Origin: Verrucomicrobiota bacterium
GTDB lineage: Bacteria; Verrucomicrobiota; Verrucomicrobiia; Limisphaerales; Palsa-1400
Assembly (NCBI GenBank): GCA_049510745.1
Contig: JBEKYR010000001.1
Coordinates: 124,392-188,391 of the forward strand
Length of the DNA stretch: 64,000 bases
Direction: 5' to 3'
Shown here piece by piece: positions 29,433 to 38,300 of the stretch; the first letter of the stretch is position 1; each line of letters opens with the position of its first letter. A program made the position numbers and the translations under genes. The notes under the pieces were generated by a model, which did not search any database, had not been told where the DNA came from, and saw only the letters and a program-made list of their open reading frames with translations.

Positions 29433-30808
29433 AGAAAGTCCTGGCCATCGCGGGATTGACTTGGAAATCCGCCTTCCGCTACCGCCTCTTCTGGATCCTG
29501 GCCGCGCTGCTGCTCGGAGCGGTCGTGGGCCTGCCGCTGCTGCTCAGAGACGACGGCACAGCCAAGGGGCTGACCCAAATACTATTGACTTACACCTTGA
29601 GCGCGGTGGCAACGCTCCTGGGCATTGCCACCCTCTGGCTCTCCTGCGGCACCCTGGCCAAGGACGTCGAGGAATGCCAGATGCAGGTCGTCGCGGTCAA
29701 GCCCATCGCCCGCTGGCAAATCTGGCTCGGCAAGTGGCTCGGCCTGCTTTCCCTCAACGCCGTCCTGCTGGCCCTGGCCGGCGCCGCCATTTTTGCCCTG
29801 CTCAATTGGCGGGCCGGCCGCCTTCCCGCCGCCGAGCAAAAAATCCTCCGCGACGAGGTTTTTGTGGCGCGCGCCTCGGTGCGGGACCGTCCGCCGGACT
29901 TTTCCGCCGAAGTTGAAAAACTCATGCGAGAACGGGTCAAAGACCCCGCGGCGTTAAGCGCGTCCGACCTGGCGGAAATCCGCAAGCAAGTCAGCGAGGA
30001 ACTCAAGTCCGCCTTGACGGAAGTGCCGCCGGGTTTCCGGCGGCGCTGGGGCGTCAACTTGCGGAGCGTGCGCGACCGCTTGCGGGATCAACCGCTGGAG
30101 TTGCGGGTCAAATTCCACACCGCCAACCCCAACGAGGACGCCCGCTACCTGACCGGCTGGATCGTCGGCCCGGCCAACTCTCCCCGGCAGGTGGCCATTG
30201 AGCAGACGTTGCCGCCGGATTCCTTCCAGGAATTCCAAGTGCCCGCCAATCTGCTGGACGACAAGGGCATCCTGTGGGTCGATGTGGTGAACCCCAATGA
30301 AACGTCCCTGACGTTTCCGTTGGAGGATGGATTCGAGCTGCTCTATCCGGAGAGCACATTCGAGATCAATTTTGTGCGCGGGATCGCGGTCATTTTCTGC
30401 TGGCTGGCCCTGCTGGCCTCGATTGGCCTGGCCATGGCCAGTTTCCTTTCCTTCCCCGTGGCGGCGTTTGCCTCGCTGGCGCTGCTGCTCATGGGCTTCT
30501 CCAGCGGCACTATCGGCTCGGTGGTCGAGCAAGGCACGATCATGAGCTACGACTCGGCCAAGTCGGCTTACGGCCATTCGCCGATCGATGTGGTCATTGT
30601 GCCGGTGTTCCAGGGGGCGCTGAAAATCATCAAGCTGGTCGAGAGTTTTTCGCCGGTCGATTTTCTCAGCACGGGCCGGAGCATCACGTGGGGCCAATTG
30701 GGATTGGCGGTGGCGCAAATCATCCTGTTGCTGGGCGGGTTTTTCTGCGTCGTGGGCATTATCCTATTCACCCGGAGAGAATTGGCCACCGCGCAGGGCA
30801 ATAGTTGA
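29429..30808 (+). CDS. ABC-2-like permease with large extracytoplasmic loop
   Basis: Multi-TM protein. VEECQMQVVAVKPIARWQIWLGKW resembles the ABC-2 signature. ~200-aa soluble loop. ATGA overlap with the ATPase gene. Confidence 0.7.
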   Translation: MKKVLAIAGLTWKSAFRYRLFWILAALLLGAVVGLPLLLRDDGTAKGLTQILLTYTLSAVATLLGIATLWLSCGTLAKDVEECQMQVVAVKPIARWQIWLGKWLGLLSLNAVLLALAGAAIFALLNWRAGRLPAAEQKILRDEVFVARASVRDRPPDFSAEVEKLMRERVKDPAALSASDLAEIRKQVSEELKSALTEVPPGFRRRWGVNLRSVRDRLRDQPLELRVKFHTANPNEDARYLTGWIVGPANSPRQVAIEQTLPPDSFQEFQVPANLLDDKGILWVDVVNPNETSLTFPLEDGFELLYPESTFEINFVRGIAVIFCWLALLASIGLAMASFLSFPVAAFASLALLLMGFSSGTIGSVVEQGTIMSYDSAKSAYGHSPIDVVIVPVFQGALKIIKLVESFSPVDFLSTGRSITWGQLGLAVAQIILLLGGFFCVVGIILFTRRELATAQGNS

Positions 30809-30810
30809 GG

Positions 30811-31239
30811 TCATTCGGCGAACCGGGCCAGTTCGCGCCAGTTCCCGCGCAATCGATCCAGCAAGCGCGCGTCGGCGGCGGGGAATTCGTAGTTGAAAAG
30901 GTCCGCCGCGGTGACCCATGCCAGGTCCTGGCCCGCGGGCGTTTGTGGCTCGTGCCGCAGCCAGCGGCAACGGAAGAAGCGCAGATGCACCGAGCGGTCG
31001 GGATACTCATGGGTGAGCGCTTCCACCAGATCGTGGACTTGCACCTCGATGCCCAATTCCTCGGCCAGTTCGCGCCGCAAACATTGCTCGTAGGATTCGC
31101 CGGGTTCGCGCTTGCCGCCGGGGAATTCCCACAAACCGCCCAGGTGCGCCCGGGGCGGACGGCGGGCAATGAGCAATTTTCCATCGCGGAAGACCAGAGC
31201 CGCCGCCACTTCGATCGTGCTCCCGCCCGCGCCGGTCAC
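30811..31239 (-). CDS. NUDIX hydrolase (MutT-like)
   Basis: Nudix box GGLWEFPGGKREPGESYEQCLRRELAEELG. 142 aa. Confidence 0.88.
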   Translation of the reverse strand: MTGAGGSTIEVAAALVFRDGKLLIARRPPRAHLGGLWEFPGGKREPGESYEQCLRRELAEELGIEVQVHDLVEALTHEYPDRSVHLRFFRCRWLRHEPQTPAGQDLAWVTAADLFNYEFPAADARLLDRLRGNWRELARFAE

Positions 31240-32534
31240 GCCTTCCCCCGACCGATGCTCTTGTAGAGGAAGCCCAGACGCTCCATTTCCTCGAAGTCAA
31301 ATAGATTTCGGCCGTCGAAGATAATGGGGTGGGTCAGGCCCTTTCTGGCCCGCTCCAGGTCCAGGCGCTTGAACTGGGGCCACTCGGTGGCGATGACCAG
31401 GGCGTCGCAGCCTTCCGCCACATCATCCATGTCCGCCACGTACTGCGCGTCCGGGAGCACGGGTTTGGCCTTTTCCATGGCCTGGGGATCATGGACGCGC
31501 AGGCGCGCCCCCTCTTTGAGCAGGCGCTGGCACAGTTCGATGGCGGGGGACATCCGCACGTCGTCCGTGTTCTGCTTGAAGGCCAGACCGAGGACGCCGA
31601 TGGTCTTGCCCTTGAGGACCCAGAGGGTGTCGGAAATTTTCTTGACAAAGCGGTTCATCTGCTCGGCGTTGATGCGCTGCACCTCCTCCAGCAGGCCGAA
31701 GCGGCAGCCCAGCGCCTCGGAAATGCGGATGAAGGCGCTCAAGTCCTTGGGGAAGCAACTCCCGCCAAAGCCGAGCGAGGCGTCCAAAAACTTGCGGCCG
31801 ATGCGGGCGTCCATCCCCATGCCGTTGGCCACCTCTTGGACGTTGGCGCCCGATTTTTCGCACAGGACGGAAATGGCGTTGATGTAGGAGATTTTCAGGG
31901 CCAGGAACGAGTTGGCGGCGTGCTTGATCAGCTCCGCCGAATTGATGTCGGTGACGATGACGGGGGCCTGGTAGGGGGCGTAAACCTCCTTCATCGCCGC
32001 CACCGGACGCGGCGACAAGACCCCGATGACGACGCGGTCCGGCTTCATGAAATCCTCGACGGCAAAGCCCTCGCGCAAGAACTCCGGGTTGCTCACGACG
32101 TCAAACTCCACCTGGGCCTTGCGATAGCGTTTGATGGTCTCGGCCACCTTTTCCCCCGTCTTGACCGGGACGGTGCTTTTGTCAACTATAATCTTGTAGG
32201 CCGTCATGGCGCCGGCAATCTCGCGCGAGACGCCTTCGATGAAACTCAAATCCACCGAGCCGTCCGGCTGCGGGGGCGTGGGCACGGCGATGAAGACCAC
32301 GTCGGACTGATCGACCCCTTCCCGGGTGCTGGCGGTAAAACGCAAGCGGCCGGCGGCGGTGTTCTTTTTCACCAATTCGGGCAGGCCCGGTTCGTAAATG
32401 GGCATGCCGCCCGCCTGGAGGAGCTTGACCTTTTCGACGTCCTTGTCCACGCAGATGACATGATGGCCGGCCTCGGCGAAACAAGTGCCTGTGACCAGCC
32501 CCACATAGCCGGTTCCAATAATGGTCAGGTTCAT
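31236..32534 (-). CDS. ugd: UDP-glucose 6-dehydrogenase
   Basis: Start chosen at MNLTIIGTGYVGLVTG (Rossmann motif). Catalytic GFGGSCFPKD. ATGA overlap with the upstream TPR gene stop. Confidence 0.92.
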   Translation of the reverse strand: MNLTIIGTGYVGLVTGTCFAEAGHHVICVDKDVEKVKLLQAGGMPIYEPGLPELVKKNTAAGRLRFTASTREGVDQSDVVFIAVPTPPQPDGSVDLSFIEGVSREIAGAMTAYKIIVDKSTVPVKTGEKVAETIKRYRKAQVEFDVVSNPEFLREGFAVEDFMKPDRVVIGVLSPRPVAAMKEVYAPYQAPVIVTDINSAELIKHAANSFLALKISYINAISVLCEKSGANVQEVANGMGMDARIGRKFLDASLGFGGSCFPKDLSAFIRISEALGCRFGLLEEVQRINAEQMNRFVKKISDTLWVLKGKTIGVLGLAFKQNTDDVRMSPAIELCQRLLKEGARLRVHDPQAMEKAKPVLPDAQYVADMDDVAEGCDALVIATEWPQFKRLDLERARKGLTHPIIFDGRNLFDFEEMERLGFLYKSIGRGKA

Positions 32535-33409
32535 CGAGGCGCGGAATTGGACGAGACAGGCGGAATGGTCAGGAGATTGATGCCGGAATTGGGGGTGGCC
32601 GGGTTTGGCTTGGGCTGGGCAGGGGCAGGCCCCTTGGAAGCGGAGGCGGCGGGCGGCAAGGGCACCTTGACGGTGGGCTGGGAGAGGGAGAAAGGGGCCG
32701 GAGCGGGAGCGGCCTCCGCCTTGCGCAATTCGGGATGTTTGGCGACCAGAAGCTGGCCGCGCTCGCGGGCTTCGGCGGCCCAAGGGTCGTAGGGGTTTTG
32801 AATGCGGGCCAGCTCGGAGTAGAAGGTCAGGGCCTGCTGCGGTTTGTTTTCCTCCTCAAAAAGGCGGGCGAGAGTCAATTTGGCCGGGGTCACGATGTTC
32901 AGATCGGAAGGAAAAGCCGAAATGAGTTCCTGGTATTTTTGAATGGCCTCGGAATTCCTGCCCTGCGCCTCGACGGAGGCCGCCACGCCCATTCTGGCTT
33001 GGGCAATCAGGGCGCTGTCGGGATGGTCGCTGAGGAACTTGGAGAACTGCTCCTGAGCCTCCGGGTATCTGCCCTCCGTGAACAAGGTTTCGGCCCCGAA
33101 CAATTCGGCGTATTCGCCGGCGGGGGTATTGGGATACTGGCGGGCCAGATCGAGCAAAGGCCCCGGGGAAACCGGCGCGGAGCGCGCGGCCATCCCGACC
33201 GGGGTCGGGACGGCAAAAAGCTGGGCATTGGCGCTGGCCTCATCGGCGGCCTTTTTCCAGGAAACCAGGCCCCACGCCAGGGCGATGACGGCGACAACGA
33301 TGGCCCCGATGATAACTCGCTTGCGGTTGGCGTGGACCCAGGCCACCAGTCTGAAAAACACATCCGCCGACTGCGCCGACGGCGTTGACTGCGTTGTTTG
33401 AACATCCAT
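32531..33409 (-). CDS. Membrane-anchored tetratricopeptide-repeat protein
   Basis: N-terminal TM helix VIIGAIVVAVIALAWGLV, TPR-like helices (GRYPEAQEQFSKFLSDHPDS..., NSEAIQKYQELISAFP...) and a Pro/Ala-rich tail. The start is ambiguous among three nearby Met codons. Confidence 0.7.
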   Translation of the reverse strand: MDVQTTQSTPSAQSADVFFRLVAWVHANRKRVIIGAIVVAVIALAWGLVSWKKAADEASANAQLFAVPTPVGMAARSAPVSPGPLLDLARQYPNTPAGEYAELFGAETLFTEGRYPEAQEQFSKFLSDHPDSALIAQARMGVAASVEAQGRNSEAIQKYQELISAFPSDLNIVTPAKLTLARLFEEENKPQQALTFYSELARIQNPYDPWAAEARERGQLLVAKHPELRKAEAAPAPAPFSLSQPTVKVPLPPAASASKGPAPAQPKPNPATPNSGINLLTIPPVSSNSAPR

Positions 33410-33532
33410 ATAAAGGGCGGGCATTGTCATCGGAACCCCGGAAAACGCAAGCTTAAATCGCATGCAATTCAAAGCGGCATCCAAAGATTCGAGGGCTTCT
33501 GGTTTCGCGCAAAATCCGGAATATGTTTCAGA

Positions 33533-34786
33533 TTACGCGCGCGGATCGGCCAGGCGACCCACGAAAAGCAGGCTGCCGGAGCGGGTGTCGCGGATCAGGA
33601 AGAGAAAGGGATGGTCGGCGCGAAAAACCGGCGGTGGCGGAGGAGGGGGTGGCTTCGCAACAGACTCCGTGCTTCTTGTCATAACAACGGCGGTGGCGGC
33701 GGCGGATTCCGTGCCTCCTTCGGTGACCTCGACCCAAGCTTTGTGAAACACGCCGGAAATGAAGAGGTCATTGGCCCCATTGAGGCCGGAAAAATCGGCT
33801 TTCCGCCAGATGAAGGCATCGGGCATGCCCATTTTTGCCAGGGTGTCGTTTAGCTTAAAGTCGGATTCCAGTTTGAACTTGGGCAGGAAGATTTCGACTT
33901 CCTGGATTGGCATTTGTGCGTCCAAGCGGGCAAGGAACGTGGGACTGAGTTGCTTTTCCAGTTGGCCAAGAGCATCAATCTGGCGCGGCAGCAAAATCAT
34001 CATGGACAGTTCATAGCCATCGTAGGGCAATTCCACGGCTTGGAAGTCGTCGTTCCCGGTGTAACTGACGTCACCGACACGGTGCATGAGGAGCGCATCG
34101 GCATGGCTGCTCGCGGAAAGGTGGAATGGCTGGATGGAGGTGGCGGCCTTCTCAAAGGGGCTACCCCATAGGCCCTTGAAATAGATGGCGTTCGCCAGAA
34201 CAAGAGCGGTTGCGCTGTCCACGCTGCCGGGCGGAAGGATGTCCTGGATTTTGTCCCTGGTCTTCTGCGCGACCCAACGGTTGATTTCGCGGCGGACGGC
34301 ATCGGCGTCCGTCTGGAAGTCCGCTTGCTTGACGCTGGCCTGATAATCGTCTTTGGCGATTTTCAGGAAGGCCGGAAGGAAGGGTTCTCCTTGTTGGGCC
34401 CACAACGCGTTGGCGATGTCCAGTTGGATGCCCTTCTGTTTTTGCGCGTCGTTCAATTGGCGTTGCAGTTCGCCAAAAGAGGAATGAAGCCGCGCCTCGC
34501 CTTTGCTGAAGTGTAAAACCCGGCTCATTTGCGTTTCCGTCTCGCCGCGCGCTCCGGCATAAGTCATGGCCAGGGCGGTGGAAATGCTGTACGGGGAGAA
34601 AAAGAGGTTGCCCGGCGCGCCGCTGAGACGGGCGTAGAGATCGAGGGCAAAGGCGGTGTTGCCCTCGACCAGCGATTTGGTCTGGGCCGTTTGGGCACCG
34701 GCCGCCAGTCCGATGCCGAATGAAATCAAGAGACTGGTGAGAAAGCGCGGGCGGCGGTTCGTGTGCAGCGAATTGTTAGCCTTCAT
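33533..34786 (-). CDS. Secreted serpin (serine protease inhibitor)
   Basis: FALDLYARLSGAPGNLFFSPYSISTALAMTYAGARGET, hinge EGGTESAAATAVV and FRADHPFLFLIRD. Start at MKANNSL (signal peptide), with ATGA overlap to the upstream gene. Confidence 0.9.
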   Translation of the reverse strand: MKANNSLHTNRRPRFLTSLLISFGIGLAAGAQTAQTKSLVEGNTAFALDLYARLSGAPGNLFFSPYSISTALAMTYAGARGETETQMSRVLHFSKGEARLHSSFGELQRQLNDAQKQKGIQLDIANALWAQQGEPFLPAFLKIAKDDYQASVKQADFQTDADAVRREINRWVAQKTRDKIQDILPPGSVDSATALVLANAIYFKGLWGSPFEKAATSIQPFHLSASSHADALLMHRVGDVSYTGNDDFQAVELPYDGYELSMMILLPRQIDALGQLEKQLSPTFLARLDAQMPIQEVEIFLPKFKLESDFKLNDTLAKMGMPDAFIWRKADFSGLNGANDLFISGVFHKAWVEVTEGGTESAAATAVVMTRSTESVAKPPPPPPPPVFRADHPFLFLIRDTRSGSLLFVGRLADPRA

Positions 34787-35271
34787 GTCAGGTTCTTTGT
34801 TTTTCTCGCCTTCCAGTCCTCCAAGACTATGAATCCCGAAATCGAACCGCGAACCGGACCACCAGTCAACGCCACCTGAGACTCGAATCGAATTGGAAAG
34901 ACGCGGCTGGCATCTCGACCAAGTGATCGATAGTGCTGAGCCAATTGCTCGACTGACGGAGAAATGACACCGCACCAAAAACCAACCTGCCTGTCTGCGG
35001 TGATGATGACGGGTTGTATTGTGCCGAGACTGTCATCGCCCTTGGCGGGTGGAGCAAGATAACCATGCATCTTCGAGCCATCAGCCAGTGTGAATGAGGC
35101 GCACACGATAAACATGCCTTCCGAAGGGTCGAGTGAGCCGGATACCTTATACGGGCGGACGGTCGTCTCGTCCTGCCCGACCTCGCCCTCCTCATCCAAT
35201 GCGAACTCCCACACCGGAAACCTGCTTAGGTCCTCTACCGTCAACTCATTCACTTGCTTTCGGATTTTCAT
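34783..35271 (-). CDS. Hypothetical cytoplasmic protein (162 aa)
   Basis: Clean ORF, translationally coupled to the serpin gene, with somewhat lower GC. No family recognised. Confidence 0.55.
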   Translation of the reverse strand: MKIRKQVNELTVEDLSRFPVWEFALDEEGEVGQDETTVRPYKVSGSLDPSEGMFIVCASFTLADGSKMHGYLAPPAKGDDSLGTIQPVIITADRQVGFWCGVISPSVEQLAQHYRSLGRDASRVFPIRFESQVALTGGPVRGSISGFIVLEDWKARKTKNLT

Positions 35272-35323
35272 GGCGGCGTAAATCTATCACCGCCAGTTCG
35301 TTCATTAAACAAAATCAATGGTT

Positions 35324-38300
35324 TTATGCGTGTTCCGTCCGTGCTGCGCGCAGGCCGGGGCCGAAAATCCCGAAGACGGCCAATGCTCCCGCCAGTATCA
35401 GCAGGCGCAGCGTCAGCGATGCCGTCCGCGCCACGGTCGCCTGCAAATTGACTTTCAAATCGGCCCACGGCTCGACGGCCACGGCGCGTTTGAAGGTCAG
35501 CACCCGGCCTTGTTCGGGGATGCTGGCGCGGATGCCCGCCGGGTTGCTCACGGCCGCGTCCTGCTGCTGGATGAGCTTCTCCGCCAGGCGCATGAAGGCG
35601 GCGTTTTCCTCGGCGGTGTTGATGTCAATTATATCCTTGGCGTCCTGCTGGGTGTAGTTCATCTCTTTGCGGCTGCGCAGGTCGCGCAGTTTGCCGCCCA
35701 GCGCGCCGGGGTCCCCGGCCGCCGCCGATTGGCGCGCGTTCAACCCGATGAGCGCCTGCTGCAGCTTGATGTTGTGCAGTTGCACGCGGGCGTCCTCGTT
35801 GAAGGCGGGGTCGTGCGTCGAAAGGTCAAAGGCGTTTTCGAAGGCGCGCCGGGCCTGCTGCGGGTCGCCGTTCGCCAGGGAATTGTTGCCGATGGCCAAA
35901 AATTGCTGGGCTTCCGCGATCCGCGCCTGTTGCAGGTTGTTTTCGTTTAGCAGGTAGGATTGCGCGTCCACCGCGACGGCGGGCGGAGTAACCTGCTGTT
36001 CCTGCAGTTGGAGCGAGCCGGTCCAATGCTTGACTCGCCACTTGTCGCTCAGGGAAAGTTTCCAGGTGATGTCTTCCAGGGGCAGATCGAATTTCGGCGC
36101 GAGCAAGGCCAGATCGAGCGAGCGCGCGTCCGCCTGGCCGGTGCGGCAACTGTGGAAAATTTCCACCGCCACCGGCTTGTCCCCGGCCGACTGCCGCTCC
36201 AGCGGGATGAGGATTTTGTCGCCGTCGCGCCAGGGCCAGACGCCGCTGTCGTTGACAAACGCAAACCAGAACCGGGCCTCCGGCGGGAGCGTCACGCCGA
36301 GCAGGCGCTTGTCGCCGGGGAGAATTTCCAGGCGCGTGCGCGTGAGCATGATGCCGTCGTCGGAGATGACGGATTGGAAAGTGATATTATTGACACGGGC
36401 GGGAAGCAGTTTGGCGGCCTCGTGGCGTTCGAGTTTGAGCGGGAGTTGGAACGACGGCTCGACCAGGCGGTAGGTGAAATTGGCGGCGACGGCTTGCAAG
36501 TCCTTTTGCAGGGCGCGCGGGATGCTCTGCCATTCGGTGGGCTGGAGGGCTGCCGGCGGGTGGTCCACGGCCACCTGGAGGCGCGGGTCGGATTGGACGG
36601 TGACAAAGCCCCGTTGCAGGTTGACATCGGCCGCTTCCACGCCGCGCAAAACGGTCTCCGTGGCCTGGCCGGGCAGGAGAATTTGATAAGCGGCCTGAAG
36701 CAAGTATGGGCCGATGAAGCGCCGGCGCAGTTTCACTTCCCATGCCCGCAACCCATTGGTGACAGCGCCCGGCGTTTGGAGAAAATCCGCCACCTGGTCG
36801 CCCTGGAAGCGCACGCCCTCGGCGTTGGTGGGGATGAGAACGCGAAAGGCTTTCAGCCCGGTGTTCTCGATCTGATACTGCAAATTGGCCGTGACCTTGA
36901 TTTGCGCTTCGCTGATGACCGCATGTTGCAGGCTCGTCACCTGAATCCACGGGTCCACCTGCTCGATGTCCAGCGCGAGCGTGGCGGGAACCTGCAAGGC
37001 GCGAAAACCGAGCACTCCTTTCTGACGGACGCCCGATTTCTGCGGGTCCAACTGCGTGTAACCTTCGCGCGCCGCCACCTGCAAGCGCATGCCCTGCTCC
37101 GGCACAATGAGCAGGGCGCCCCGCTGTTTGCCCGCTTCGCGCAGCACGACTTGCGGCACCTTCCAGTCCCGCGCCGTTTTCACGCCGGGACCGGCGAGGG
37201 TCAGGGCGAAGGCGTGCGGCCCCAGCGTCTTGCCGGTCAGATGCAACGTGATGACGCGCCCCGCTTCCGTCTTCAAGTCCGTCCACTGGCTCAAGACGGG
37301 GCTGCTGATGGATTCGACGTCGAACCCCGCCGGCATGAGAAAGCTCAACTCGAAGATGCCCGCGCGGGTGATGTCCACCGTGAAATTGTCCGCCAGCACG
37401 GTGCGGTCTTCACCGAGCGACAACGTATCGTCGGTTTCCACGCGCACATCCGGCTCGACCGCCGCGGCCCGCAAGGCCACGCTGGCGTTGGTGTCCGAAT
37501 AACGGAAGGCGCGGCGCAGGGCCAGGTCCGGGATTTGCCCTTGCAGCGCCGCCACGGCGTCGCCGGGAAAATCCTCCAGGTTGATGGGCGAGAGCGCATG
37601 AGGGGTGACAGTGTCGAGTTGCACTTCGCTGCCGGTGGCGATGCCCGTCAAACCGATCTGCCCCGCCGCGTTTTCCACCGTGACCAACCCGGCGGATTGT
37701 TCGAAGGGCAGCGGCCCGGCGGCGATTTGCGACCGGACGAGAACCACAAAGGGCCGCGACTGGGCGGGATTCAAGGTCACGCGCAATTTGCCGGTGTCCG
37801 GGTCGAAGCGCCAGAGGGAGACCAGTGAACCGGCGGAGTTTCCTTGTTTGGCCGGATCGATCACATCGGTGACCGTCGCGCCCGGCGGCACGTTGAGGAT
37901 CAATTCGCCCAACTCGCCTTGGGCGGGGCGAATGGAAACGTAATGGGCTCCTTCGATGACGCCGGCCAGCGGCACATAAAGCTGCGCCACCTCGGCGTAA
38001 AAGACCGGCTTCTCGTGCGTGACATCGCGCCGGCGCGGACGCCAGGTGATCGAGGCCTCCGCCGGCGAGAGCACCAGCGCCGCCACCGTGTTGGAGCCGG
38101 GGTGGTCGCAGTGAATCGAGACGGCCTGCGCCGACAAGACATCGACATCGAGATCGACGACCGTGAGATGGAGTTGATTGATCAAGCCGTAGGGCACGGG
38201 CAGCGTGAAGCCGCTTTCGGTTTTGTCGTTCGCCACCGGCGCCTGGTATTGGACTTCGATGTCGAACACGCCGCCCGCCAGCGCGACCAATTGTTGCGAG

